Shown piece by piece: positions 55,190 through 64,000 of a stretch of 64,000 bases of DNA; positions within the stretch are counted from its first letter, which is position 1; the number at the start of each line of letters is the position of its first letter. The position numbers were made by a program, and so were the translations under genes. The notes beneath the pieces were generated by a model. That model was not told where the DNA came from and did no database searches. It saw nothing but the letters and a program-made list of their open reading frames with translations. The stretch covers positions 16,835 to 80,834 of the IMG/VR virus record IMGVR_UViG_3300009503_000027; one strand, given 5' to 3'. Source of the DNA: a virus.

Positions 55190-56268
55190 TGGTCACGCTG
55201 ACAACCGACCAGTACAGGAGTCTGCTAACGCATTTTTTAGGAGCTGAGTCTGTCGACGATCAGCTCCTTGGCCTGCTGGTTATTGGGCCAGCAGGGGTGG
55301 GCAAGACCAGTATCTCCAGGGATGTGGCGCGCGAGTTGGGATGGGATGTGAGAGAGGTCTACTTGGGCAATATGGCGGATCCCGGCGACGTCCGGGGTCT
55401 GCCAGTGGCGGGGGAGGGGAGGACGGACTGGTTGGTGTCGGCGGAGTTTGTGCCGCCGGCGCGGCCTACTGTCCTCCTCCTGGATGAGATAACTCGTGCT
55501 CCGGTCTATCTCCACTCTATCATTGTTACGCTGATCACCTCGTGCTCAGTGGGGCCGGGCCATAAACTGGACCCGGCCCTGGTCAAGGTGATCGCGACGG
55601 GGAACCCGAGTACGGAAGAGTACTCGGGCTGTTACGAGTTGGACCTGGCCGTCAGGTCCAGGTTCTACCAAGTTGGCCTGGTGGCGGACTGGACCGCGTG
55701 GTTCAAGTGGGTCCAGTCCAGGACCCAGGAGCCATTCCGGCTCCACGTGGCCGGCGCCGTGGCCACGGCGCCGGAGCTGCAGAATGCCGCCAGTCCGCGG
55801 GACTGGTGGCACGTCGTCCGGCTGGCGACGCCAGATCGCGAGCTGCTCCAGTGGATTGTCGAATCGAAGGTCCCGGGCGCGGCGGCTCCACTGCAGGAGC
55901 TGCTGCAATCAGGCGACCAGTTGCCGCCTGTCGAGCAGCTGGCGGGCGATCCTGAGGCCGCAGTCAGGATAATAGAGGGGTTGCCCGTCCTGCTCCAGGG
56001 CTGGGCAGTAAAGCGGGCGGCTACTGTGATGAGTAGCCTGCCCGTCGAAAAAGCGGCTGCTCTGGTCGCTGCCCTGTTGACCTCGGGCATTAGGCCCGAG
56101 CTCAAGGCGCAGGCCCTGCGGCTTGCGCCGCAGGCCGCACTGGCGGCCGCCGCAAAGCAGAACAAGGGGCTGGTCCAGGAGGTCCAGAAGGCTCACCTGG
56201 ACCAGATGGCTGAGGTTCGAGAGTTCATCGCGGAGAGGGTGAACGAACGTGACCAGAGCCGAGGCTGA
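55186..56268 (+). CDS. MoxR-like AAA+ ATPase
   Basis: GPAGVGKT, DVRGLP, LLLDEITRA, IATGNP and LDLAVRSRF. Confidence 0.85.
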   Translation: MMVTLTTDQYRSLLTHFLGAESVDDQLLGLLVIGPAGVGKTSISRDVARELGWDVREVYLGNMADPGDVRGLPVAGEGRTDWLVSAEFVPPARPTVLLLDEITRAPVYLHSIIVTLITSCSVGPGHKLDPALVKVIATGNPSTEEYSGCYELDLAVRSRFYQVGLVADWTAWFKWVQSRTQEPFRLHVAGAVATAPELQNAASPRDWWHVVRLATPDRELLQWIVESKVPGAAAPLQELLQSGDQLPPVEQLAGDPEAAVRIIEGLPVLLQGWAVKRAATVMSSLPVEKAAALVAALLTSGIRPELKAQALRLAPQAALAAAAKQNKGLVQEVQKAHLDQMAEVREFIAERVNERDQSRG

Positions 56269-57724
56269 GAAAGTACACTCCGCGTTGATCCAGACGATTT
56301 TGCGGCGGCTGGACTACCACACCGCACTGGTAGCCCAGCTGCTCACCGGGGTAGAGGTCGCGGCCTTCAGTGAGGGGGACGAATGCCCCACTGTGGCCGT
56401 TGAACTCTGCCCCAGCGGCCGGGTGAGGATGCTGTACGGCGATGCCGTGTGGGACTTACTGACGCCGTCGCGATGGGAGCAGGAGATGCAGTACCTCGCT
56501 CAGCACGAGGTACTGCATATCCTGCTCGGGCACACTCTCCGCATAGCAGAGATGTGTGCTAAGTATGGCGCCCAGGTAGCGCGGGTGGCGGCGGACTGCG
56601 TGGTGGATGACTTCCTGCCGGCGCCACAGTCGATGGCGCCGAAATTGGCGCTTACTCGCGCCAAGGAGGCGCTCAGTCGGCAGGGACTGCTCCCGCCGCC
56701 GGGGGCGAGCTGGGATCAGTACTGCGCGGCTTTAGCCGCGCTGGGCGATCTCAGCGACTCCGGCAGCGGTATGCAGTCCCCCGGTGGCGGTGCGCAGTCC
56801 CCCGGCGGATCATCTCAGTCTTCCTCTCAGTCTTCCTCTCAGTCTCCCTCTCAGTCTTCCTCGCAGTCTCCCTCGCCGCAGCCGGAGGCAGGGTCTGCAG
56901 AGCAGGCGAGTTCTGCAGGACAGCGGCCGACTGACGGCGGCGCTGCTGCCGATGGGGCTGGCTCTGCAGGGCAGAGTCAGAATGGGGGAGGTAGTGCCAC
57001 CGAAGGGCAAAATGGGAAGAGCACCGAACTGGACGGCTACGTCCAGAAAGTGCCGGGGGAGGGTCTCCCGGACACCCTGATCTCGGAGGCGGCTGAGAAG
57101 TTTGCCGCCCAGGTCCGGGAGCTAGACCGACAACTACGGTCCCGGGGCGTTAACCCCGGGGGGATGCAGGAAGTGATTGACAACTTCCTGCGTCCCCGGC
57201 CAGTGCCGCTACGCCTGTTGCAGCAGATGCTGTCAACGCGGCGGCAGCGGCCCTCGTACAGTAAGCCCAACAAGCGGCGCGGCCCTGGCTACCCGGGTCT
57301 GCGCCGCGAGAGGTGTCAAGGGCAACTGGTTGTTGCCTACGACACCTCCGCTAGCATGGGTAAAGAGGACCTGGGTCTGGCCTTGGGCCAGATCCAAGAA
57401 ATACTGAAGGAAGTTGAGGGTGACCTCGACTTTCTTCAGTTCGACGCGGACATCCAGGGGGTGAAGACTGTCCGCGTCGGGCAGTTGGCTGGACTACGCG
57501 ACTGGCTGCGCGTAGTCCAGGGCCGGGGTGGGACTGATTACCGGCCGGTGATCGAGTGGTGGCAGTCGCACCGGCCGGGATATAGGCTCGTAGTCATCAC
57601 CGATGGCTACGCGCCGATCCCGCCTCTCTTCGCGCGGCTGGTCTGGCTGATCACGGACCAGGAGCGCGTGGAAGAGTTCAGGGCGGCGGGGCACCGGGCG
57701 TACTATCTTGTCCCGGAGAGGTGA
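56249..57724 (+). CDS. HEXXH metallopeptidase-like plus VWA domain protein (DUF2201-like)
   Basis: HEVLH; Ser/Gly/Gln linker; MIDAS DTSASM, GRGGTDY and ITDGY. Confidence 0.85.
   Translation: MTRAEAEKVHSALIQTILRRLDYHTALVAQLLTGVEVAAFSEGDECPTVAVELCPSGRVRMLYGDAVWDLLTPSRWEQEMQYLAQHEVLHILLGHTLRIAEMCAKYGAQVARVAADCVVDDFLPAPQSMAPKLALTRAKEALSRQGLLPPPGASWDQYCAALAALGDLSDSGSGMQSPGGGAQSPGGSSQSSSQSSSQSPSQSSSQSPSPQPEAGSAEQASSAGQRPTDGGAAADGAGSAGQSQNGGGSATEGQNGKSTELDGYVQKVPGEGLPDTLISEAAEKFAAQVRELDRQLRSRGVNPGGMQEVIDNFLRPRPVPLRLLQQMLSTRRQRPSYSKPNKRRGPGYPGLRRERCQGQLVVAYDTSASMGKEDLGLALGQIQEILKEVEGDLDFLQFDADIQGVKTVRVGQLAGLRDWLRVVQGRGGTDYRPVIEWWQSHRPGYRLVVITDGYAPIPPLFARLVWLITDQERVEEFRAAGHRAYYLVPER
56813..56872 (+). 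repeat. Five 12-bp tandem repeats encoding SQS(S/P)
   Basis: TCTCAGTCTYCC units within the linker of the VWA protein. Confidence 0.85.
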
Positions 57725-57730
57725 GGGACA

Positions 57731-58000
57731 GTGAAGGTGTGGTTTACTCCACATGCCCTTCGGCGGGCGGCGCAACGCGGCGCCGACGTTGAACATATAC
57801 GGCAGCGCCTGGAGAACTACCAAGGCACTGCCGACAGAGTCCCGGTAGGCCTGTGGGAGTGCGTGGTGAAGCGTGCCCCAGGCACTGGGGACCTGATAGT
57901 AGTGACGATACTTTACAATTCAACGCTTTTTGCGCCGTGTAGGCGCAAACCGAGGAAGAGCAGGGATCTGCGGGTGTATGCCCGCGCCCTGCGTAAGTAA
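57731..58000 (+). CDS. Small DUF4258-like protein
   Basis: FTPHALRRAAQRG...LIVVTIL pattern. Confidence 0.55.
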   Translation: MKVWFTPHALRRAAQRGADVEHIRQRLENYQGTADRVPVGLWECVVKRAPGTGDLIVVTILYNSTLFAPCRRKPRKSRDLRVYARALRK

Positions 58001-58013
58001 AGGAGGCGAAGGT

Positions 58014-58601
58014 GTGTATAAGCTCGCGTTTCGCGGGGAGCAGGAAGGTTTGGAACAGTTGCACCGACTGCTGCCCCAGTTCAGCGCTAAGCTGGACGGG
58101 GGGGTCCTGTATCTGGACGCGGTCGTTGTGGATGGAGTTGAGCGCGGCCTGCAGATGGCCCAGGCCAGTGACGTTGCGGCCCTGGGCCAGGCAGTGCGCG
58201 ACCTACTGCAGGCCGGGGCGGAACTGGAGTTCGCTCCAGTCGTTCCCTGGCCGGCCAGGGTAGGGAATATTCTCTTCCCCTGGCCACTACCCGGCCAGGG
58301 CACAGTGCCAGCCAACGGCTACGTTCTCCTCAGCTCGCTGGCGTCTCGAGACTGGCAGCGGCTGGTCCTGCCGCCAGCAGTCCCCCGGCCGCCTAAGCCC
58401 CTGGTGATTGTCCAGGGGCCGAACTGGTCGAGCGTGAGCTCCCATGACATTACTGTCATCGGGGGCGACTGTCTCGCGTTCAGCGGGGCAGGCGGTACTA
58501 GGCCACTATCAGTGCTATCGCTATCGTGGGAGGATGCCTGCGGTATTCCCCCTGTTTTCGAGTACGTGCAGTATCTGTACCTGATAGTGGGAGGATGGTA
58601 G
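58014..58601 (+). CDS. Hypothetical protein
   Basis: RBS AAGGAGG before GTG 58014. Confidence 0.55.
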   Translation: MYKLAFRGEQEGLEQLHRLLPQFSAKLDGGVLYLDAVVVDGVERGLQMAQASDVAALGQAVRDLLQAGAELEFAPVVPWPARVGNILFPWPLPGQGTVPANGYVLLSSLASRDWQRLVLPPAVPRPPKPLVIVQGPNWSSVSSHDITVIGGDCLAFSGAGGTRPLSVLSLSWEDACGIPPVFEYVQYLYLIVGGW

Positions 58602-58602
58602 C

Positions 58603-59520
58603 GTGATGGTAGTGTACAGGGACTGCCTCCGGGGAGCGCTGTTCAAGTCGGTTGCTGAGTATATCAGCAACTGCATTGTGTGGGTGGACTACTGTTGCGT
58701 GCATTGGCCCGACAGTGCCACCCACGACGGGACCGTCTACGGACCGGCGACAGACTCCCCCTACTGCCCCGGGGTTGGGCAGTACTGGGGGACCGGAGGC
58801 AGGCTATGGCCCCACGTCCCGGTGCAGCGGCCATGCCCTAACTGTGGCATGGTGCACTGGTGGGTGGCCTATCACGTCAATGGTGAGTATGAGTCGTACG
58901 TGATGTGGCCGCTCCCTGATCCGCTGAACTGGTGCCCTGCGGAGGGGCCTGTCCCTGTGAGCGATACTATCGTCGCAGAGGAGTCTGATCTAGCGCGGTT
59001 TTACAACCAGGTGCTTCAGTACATTGAGCACCTGGATGAATTTTACAGGTTGCCGGTGCCGCTTCGCGAGATGATCGCGCGGCACTGGTATGATGATTCC
59101 GGGCCGGTTGACTTTCGGCCCGCGCGGCCGCTCGGGGATCACTCCTACCCTCCGCTGAGAGATGCTTACTACCGCTGGCAGGCGCGGGCCGTCATCGACA
59201 CTGCACGCCTGACCTACAAACCGGGCGTGAGTGTCAACTACCCGATCGCTATTGCGTATCGGGGCCGCACTTATTTCTATTTGGCCCGTCCGCCGAAGCG
59301 CACTGCCAAAACGCTGGCGGTGCGGCCCCTCTACTGTATGCCGCCGGAACTGACGCCGTGGCGGGGTAGCCCTACGCCGCTGTGGCCCGATGGCCGGTGG
59401 CTGACGTGGCCATACCGGCTGCACGAACAGCGCGGCCCGACATGGCGGCTAAGCCTTGAGTACGTGCCCGATCTGCGGGAAGCTGTAGACCGGGCATTCG
59501 AGGAGGGGGCGGCACTATGA
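58603..59520 (+). CDS. Hypothetical protein, distant member of the paralog family
   Basis: CPNCGMVHWW and YNQVLQYIEHLDE resemble the downstream paralogs. Confidence 0.55.
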   Translation: MMVVYRDCLRGALFKSVAEYISNCIVWVDYCCVHWPDSATHDGTVYGPATDSPYCPGVGQYWGTGGRLWPHVPVQRPCPNCGMVHWWVAYHVNGEYESYVMWPLPDPLNWCPAEGPVPVSDTIVAEESDLARFYNQVLQYIEHLDEFYRLPVPLREMIARHWYDDSGPVDFRPARPLGDHSYPPLRDAYYRWQARAVIDTARLTYKPGVSVNYPIAIAYRGRTYFYLARPPKRTAKTLAVRPLYCMPPELTPWRGSPTPLWPDGRWLTWPYRLHEQRGPTWRLSLEYVPDLREAVDRAFEEGAAL

Positions 59521-59816
59521 TAAGGATTACTATTCACGGAGCCCTACCAGACCGGATCCGCGACAGTATCTGGGACTTCGCGGAGGCCCTGGGGCAGCGC
59601 GGTACGCCTGAGGAAGTACTGGCGGCCGCGATCCTGGAGGAGCTGGGGGGGCAGGGTAAGCCGCGGATCAGGTTGGTCGGCGATGCCAATGCGTGGCGCC
59701 CTTCGTGCGTGATCGAGCTCCCGGCGCGGGTCAGTCCCGCTCACGCCCGATTTATCGCCAGTTGCGTGCTGAGCTGTCTCGGGTTCCGCGGCCAAGTGGA
59801 GGCGGAGGAGGTGTGA
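59517..59816 (+). CDS. Hypothetical protein
   Basis: ATGA-coupled ORF. Confidence 0.55.
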   Translation: MIRITIHGALPDRIRDSIWDFAEALGQRGTPEEVLAAAILEELGGQGKPRIRLVGDANAWRPSCVIELPARVSPAHARFIASCVLSCLGFRGQVEAEEV

Positions 59817-59818
59817 AA

Positions 59819-60583
59819 ATGAAGCACATACCACTGAAGTTTGAAGTATGGCATGACGCCGTGGTCCGGGCATTCCGTGGCCACGGCGATATAGTCGTCG
59901 TGCCTGGGCCGTGCGGCGAGATGCACTACTGGTTCCGTCTGCGCGGAACCAATGCACTCTCGCATCTCCTGGAGGGGGTGGAGTGCACTTGCCCTGCGAC
60001 CTTTGAAGTCGAGGGCGCAGAAGCTGCCCCCATTGAGGCATGGTGGGGGCAGTTCATGACATACCTTCAGGCATGGCGTCAGGAGGCGTATCCGCAGGAT
60101 GACCTGCGGTACGTGAAGGCCCTAGAGCGGTACTGGTGGCCGCTCGCTCAGCATGCCCTGACGTCATGCATGGCGCCACGGAGCTGGCCATGCTACCCTG
60201 TGGCCAGCCTCCCGCTGGTCCTCTGGTTCAGTAAGGAGATCATTCGGGTCCTGTCCATGCAGGGCTTCCCCTGTATGGTGTACGGGACTGACCCTGTTGT
60301 CCTGGCGTACACTGGCAAGGAGGGCAACCACGCGGCTCAGCAGCCGGATCTGCACTACTGTATTGTCCCCTGGGTGATATATCCCGGGCTGCTGGGGACG
60401 ATCGAGCTGAGCCGGGTTGGGGAGGCGCCGTATGTTGTGGACGACTGGATCCCCGGCTCGACTGGCATTACGCCGCCTGCACTCACGGCGGAGAATCAGC
60501 GGCTTGCCGGGTTACTAACGCGGCAGATCATGTCCGCACAAGTGTTCTCAAACGGTACACTGCTGATAGGGCCACCGTCATGA
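59819..60583 (+). CDS. Paralog family protein 1
   Basis: PCGEMHYW, LPLVLWFS, YCIVPW and TAENQRLAGLLTRQIM. Confidence 0.7.
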   Translation: MKHIPLKFEVWHDAVVRAFRGHGDIVVVPGPCGEMHYWFRLRGTNALSHLLEGVECTCPATFEVEGAEAAPIEAWWGQFMTYLQAWRQEAYPQDDLRYVKALERYWWPLAQHALTSCMAPRSWPCYPVASLPLVLWFSKEIIRVLSMQGFPCMVYGTDPVVLAYTGKEGNHAAQQPDLHYCIVPWVIYPGLLGTIELSRVGEAPYVVDDWIPGSTGITPPALTAENQRLAGLLTRQIMSAQVFSNGTLLIGPPS

Positions 60584-61272
60584 AGCCAGTGGATGACATA
60601 CTGACAAACATTCGTACATGGATGTGGCAGATTCACAGGGTCCACACCCGGACGGCTAAGGTACTGCGGACCAGGTGCCAGTGTGGCACCGCTTACTACT
60701 GGGTGGTATACCCACCGGCCCCAACGCAGTACATGCTGCCCAGCCGTAGGTGCCCACACAGTGGGCCGCACTTTGTGGAGGGCGCGCCCACCATGAAGGA
60801 GTTATATGAGCAGTTGTGGCTATGGATCCACGAGCTGGACGAACCCCTGGCTAACGTGCGAGATCTTAGCATGGCCCTGTCCTTCCTCAGTGAATGGGCA
60901 GGCGCGCTGATAGGCTATCCGATGCTCCAGTCGAAGAACATTCGCCATTCTTTTCAGTACACCCGGGCAGCACTGCCCGTCATGTTGTGGGCCTCACAGT
61001 GGGCCATCAAACTACTGGAGGGCCAGCCCGTGATGGTGTTCTGCGTGTCCCCGTTACTGATCGCCTATGACGTGCGGAAGATCAATGACTGGCGGTACTG
61101 CATTATCCCCTGGCCGCTAGCCGGAGGGCAGGTCACTCACGGACATATGCGGACATGTACGATTGATGATGCGAATATACCAAGGAGGATCACAGCCGCC
61201 AACAGGCGGCTGGCTACTGTCTTGGCTCGTCAGATCCTCCGAACGGAGGTCCGGGACATAATAGGCTGCTAA
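60580..61272 (+). CDS. Paralog family protein 2
   Basis: CQCGTAYYW, KELYEQLWLWI, YCIIPWP and TAANRRLATVLARQIL. Confidence 0.75.
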   Translation: MKPVDDILTNIRTWMWQIHRVHTRTAKVLRTRCQCGTAYYWVVYPPAPTQYMLPSRRCPHSGPHFVEGAPTMKELYEQLWLWIHELDEPLANVRDLSMALSFLSEWAGALIGYPMLQSKNIRHSFQYTRAALPVMLWASQWAIKLLEGQPVMVFCVSPLLIAYDVRKINDWRYCIIPWPLAGGQVTHGHMRTCTIDDANIPRRITAANRRLATVLARQILRTEVRDIIGC

Positions 61273-61289
61273 CGAGGTAGACAGTCATA

Positions 61290-62000
61290 ATGGTAGCGAA
61301 TAATGTGTTTCACGACGTTATATTTCCGTGGGTATGGCAGATCCATGCCCACCTGCGTGGAGACCGCACAACACTCCGGGTCAAGTGCCCGTGCGGATAC
61401 GTCCACTACTGGCGGGCGTATCCGGATGGCTCGCCGCAGTATGAGCTGGCCAGTCAGGTAAGTTGCCCCCATGATTATCAGTTCCTGGACGGCGGCGAGC
61501 CGGCCACTGTCAAGGAACTATATGAACAGCTGTGGCTATGGATCTATGACCTCGATCAGCACTGGAATCAAGAAGTTGACGATCTCAGCCAGGCTCTGTC
61601 GTTACTTAATGACTGGGCGTATAAGTTGCTAGGCATGGAGATCCTGCAAACAGCGACTCCTCGTTTCTCCTGCTACTACGCCCGGGCAACGTTGCCACTC
61701 ATGTTGTGGATGTCTCAGCGGGCAATCAAGCAACTGGACGGCCAGCCTGTGATGGTGCTCGGCACCGATCCCATACTCATCGCCTATGACGTGCGGAAGA
61801 TCACGGGCTGGCAGTACTGCATCATTCCCTGGCCGATGTCGCGGAAGCAGATCAAGCGTGGACTTACATGGCGGGTTGTACTCGATGAGGCCGACTTGCC
61901 GCGAAAGGTCACACCTGCTAACAGGCGGCTAGCGGCTGTTCTAGCCCGCACTATCCTGGGCATGCAGCCCAGTGAACTGAATGAGGCCATCACACAATGA
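61290..62000 (+). CDS. Paralog family protein 3
   Basis: CPCGYVHYW, KELYEQLWLWI, YCIIPWP and TPANRRLAAVLARTIL. Confidence 0.75.
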   Translation: MVANNVFHDVIFPWVWQIHAHLRGDRTTLRVKCPCGYVHYWRAYPDGSPQYELASQVSCPHDYQFLDGGEPATVKELYEQLWLWIYDLDQHWNQEVDDLSQALSLLNDWAYKLLGMEILQTATPRFSCYYARATLPLMLWMSQRAIKQLDGQPVMVLGTDPILIAYDVRKITGWQYCIIPWPMSRKQIKRGLTWRVVLDEADLPRKVTPANRRLAAVLARTILGMQPSELNEAITQ

Positions 62001-62716
62001 CCAGTAAGCAAGTGATTGACGCCATAGTAAAATGGACCCGTGCCGTGGCGCATTATACCGCCGGCAAGGGCAGGATAGTACAAAGGACATGCCACCGCGG
62101 GCATGTCCATTACTATAGCACTTATCCCCAAGCTTTCGTCCGGTTGCCCGATGAATATGACTGCACCGCAGGTCACTATCCTGGTGAACACTATGACCTT
62201 GACGCCATGCCCATTCGGGAAGGATACGAGCAGTTGACGTATTGGGTGCAGCGCCTCGACAGGCACTTGCGTCCAGTTCGCGGTCTCGAGCAGAAGTTGA
62301 AGCAACTATCAACGTGGCTGGCGCAAACTACCTACTGGTACATCTTGCACTCCACTCGCGCCCAGCGGCAATTCTTCTATTCTGATGTTCATTTGCCCAT
62401 GATGCTATGGACGGCCCGCAAAGTGGTCAAATTACTCTCTGACTTTCCCGTGGGAATAGTAACGGACCACCCGGTCATGATCGCATATGACATTCAACAG
62501 CTGGATCTACACTTGGATGTTAAGTACTGCCTCGTTCCCTGGCCAATTGGTGACTATCCTGGCACACAGGTCACCATCAGCTCGTTTTCGACAGTTTCAG
62601 TTGACCTGTGTTGGCCTAATGAGTACACGGCCGCGAACAGGCGGCTAGCTAGTATTCTTGCCCGCCGGATCCTCCAGACTGAGATAGCCTATGATCCGCC
62701 GGGCGGCAGTACGTAA
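61997..62716 (+). CDS. Paralog family protein 4
   Basis: CHRGHVHYY, REGYEQLTYWV, YCLVPWP and TAANRRLASILARRIL. Confidence 0.75.
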   Translation: MTSKQVIDAIVKWTRAVAHYTAGKGRIVQRTCHRGHVHYYSTYPQAFVRLPDEYDCTAGHYPGEHYDLDAMPIREGYEQLTYWVQRLDRHLRPVRGLEQKLKQLSTWLAQTTYWYILHSTRAQRQFFYSDVHLPMMLWTARKVVKLLSDFPVGIVTDHPVMIAYDIQQLDLHLDVKYCLVPWPIGDYPGTQVTISSFSTVSVDLCWPNEYTAANRRLASILARRILQTEIAYDPPGGST

Positions 62717-62732
62717 CTGCTACCTGGGGATC

Positions 62733-62766
62733 AAAAAAAGAGGCGCCCGGTCAAGGGCGCCTCTTT
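62733..62766. terminator. Bidirectional intrinsic terminator between convergent blocks
   Basis: AAAAAAAGAGGCGCCC-GGTCAA-GGGCGCCTCTTT. Confidence 0.8.
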
Positions 62767-62800
62767 GTCATTCGGGACTACTGTTTCCCCTGTTATCGCA

Positions 62801-63007
62801 TCACCTCCAGTGGTTTCTCTTCAGATCCTCAAGCACTGCGCGGGCCTCTACTAGCCCGCGCGGGCTGAGGACCTCCAGGACCTCAGCTGGGTCACTGGTC
62901 AGCACGGCCCTCGGCGGCCCTTGCCGCCGGTCAACGATCACAACAGTGCCGCCCACCACATAGACCTCGGTGAGCGGCAGGCGCGCGAGGTATGTTAGGG
63001 TTTCCAT
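62801..63007 (-). CDS. Hypothetical protein
   Basis: Likely start ATG 63007 (METLTY). Confidence 0.5.
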   Translation of the reverse strand: METLTYLARLPLTEVYVVGGTVVIVDRRQGPPRAVLTSDPAEVLEVLSPRGLVEARAVLEDLKRNHWR

Positions 63008-63011
63008 GCGC

Positions 63012-63311
63012 CTACCAGGCCCTCCTCCGGGAGGAGGCCCGCCTGATGCGGGCCTCCTCCGAAAGCATAAACTTCTCGAGCCGCCTGGCGGCCCGCCAGG
63101 CCGCCAGAGCGCTTTCGGGGATGGCCTCGATCTCGGCCGGCAGTATGCCGGCCAAGACCAGCCCAATGTACACCAGCGGCCGCCCTTCGCGGACGGCCTT
63201 CGCTACTGCCGGCCCGGCCCGGCGCGGGTCCACTTCCCGCGCCGTCCTGCGCAGGGCCTCGATCGCAGTGAGATCGAGGCCCTGCGCGATGAGAGCTTCG
63301 ACGATCTTCAT
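63012..63311 (-). CDS. Hypothetical protein
   Basis: RBS AAGGAGGG; coupled ORF. Confidence 0.6.
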   Translation of the reverse strand: MKIVEALIAQGLDLTAIEALRRTAREVDPRRAGPAVAKAVREGRPLVYIGLVLAGILPAEIEAIPESALAAWRAARRLEKFMLSEEARIRRASSRRRAW

Positions 63312-63643
63312 CGCTCTCCCTCCTTCCGCTTGCGCCGGGTCAGGTCAATCTCCGTTTCTCCCTTTCCATCGAGGAGCGCCGGGTCCAGTCCCAGGCGCTC
63401 CAGCACAGCCGCCACAGCTGCCCTGTCGAGCACCCGGTAGCCCGGGCACTCTTCAGGGCACTCCCAACACCTCTGCCAGGTCCCGTGGACCTGGCAGAAG
63501 CCGTCGGAGAGTGGGTGCGCGGTCAGTAGCCGCGCCTCCCACTCCAGACCGTCGCTCGAGAGGAACTCCGTCCAGAGGGCGTACTCGCCCTCTGGGATGT
63601 ACGTCTTCTGCCAAATGATTTTAATCCGTGAGCCCGATCTCAT
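63308..63643 (-). CDS. Hypothetical protein with a Cys motif
   Basis: RBS AAGGAGGAG before ATG 63643; CQVH...CWECPEEC. Confidence 0.6.
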   Translation of the reverse strand: MRSGSRIKIIWQKTYIPEGEYALWTEFLSSDGLEWEARLLTAHPLSDGFCQVHGTWQRCWECPEECPGYRVLDRAAVAAVLERLGLDPALLDGKGETEIDLTRRKRKEGER

Positions 63644-63846
63644 GACTGTCTCCTCCTTTCTCCTGCCCGGGGAGCAGTCCGCTTGCCCCGGGTCAGTAGT
63701 TTCCCGCGCCTGGGGGCAATACTGATCCCCCAGGCGCAGCCCCCGGCGACTACTCGGACAAGCCAAGTACCTCACGCCAGCCTTTCACCTCCTTCCGGGG
63801 AACTGATCGCAGGGCCCCCGGTCAGTAGGGGCCTGCGATTGCGGCC

Positions 63847-64000
63847 GGCCCCATGGGCGGCCGCATGGCGGCCCCATGGGCGGCCCCATGGCGGCCCCAT
63901 GGGCGGCCCCATGGCGGCCCCATGGGCGGCCCCATGGCGGCCCCATGGGCGGCCGCATGGCGGCCCCATGGGCGGCCGCATGGCGGCCCCATGGGCGGCC
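63847..64000. repeat. Tandem repeat with a 23-bp period (alternating 12- and 11-bp subunits), truncated by the window edge
   Basis: GGCCCCATGGGC plus GGCC(C/G)CATGGC, about 6.7 copies. Confidence 0.9.

Larger units (their letters stand above)
1..64000. mobile_element. Tailed dsDNA bacteriophage or prophage genome segment (siphovirus-like), possibly temperate
   Basis: Capsid-neck-tail-tape measure gene order, a phage replication/recombination module, a tyrosine recombinase and densely overlapping ORFs; no host operons seen. Confidence 0.95.

Noticed and set aside
59819-62716. Diversity-generating retroelement template/variable repeats
   Set aside because: No reverse transcriptase is in the window, differences are not adenine-specific, and whole genes are duplicated.
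63772-63981. 69-aa ORF on the minus strand
   Set aside because: It is mostly a translation of the 23-bp tandem repeat.
63847-64000. CRISPR array
   Set aside because: The repeats are contiguous with no unique spacers, and no cas operon is present.
1-64000. Alternative genetic code or stop-codon reassignment
   Set aside because: Recognisable genes are full length and tightly packed under the standard code, with TAG, TGA and TAA all used as stops.

Overview
The window is a 64-kb piece of a GC-rich tailed dsDNA phage (or prophage) with siphovirus-like morphogenesis genes. No host housekeeping context is visible. 1-19.3 kb (+) is the virion operon: scaffold, major capsid, neck, tail tube, tail chaperone with a -1 slippery site, tape measure and minor tail proteins. 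Sugar-modification genes are interleaved with and follow it: three GT9 heptosyltransferase-like proteins (one directly after the capsid genes, one fused to a GT4-like domain), a SAM methyltransferase, an epimerase-like and a nucleotidyltransferase-like protein. GmhB-like and RfaE/HldC-like genes lie on the other strand. 24.5-53.8 kb (-) holds replication, recombination and modification genes: RusA, SSAP, SSB, Cas4-like nuclease, RecA, primase-helicase, initiator-like protein, three Dam-family methyltransferases, beta clamp, SF2 helicase, tyrosine recombinase and a YifB/ComM-like ATPase. 54.2-62.7 kb (+) is an accessory block with a MoxR-AAA/VWA pair and a tandem array of paralogous unknown proteins. 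The window ends inside a 23-bp tandem repeat. The top findings are (1) a 77-nt mini-tmRNA made only of the tRNA-like domain (44315-44391, -), which overlaps the stop codon of the upstream gene, and (2) a phage-encoded heptose-type glycosylation system, probably for the virion. All protein calls come from motifs recognised by eye and from gene order; no searches were run.
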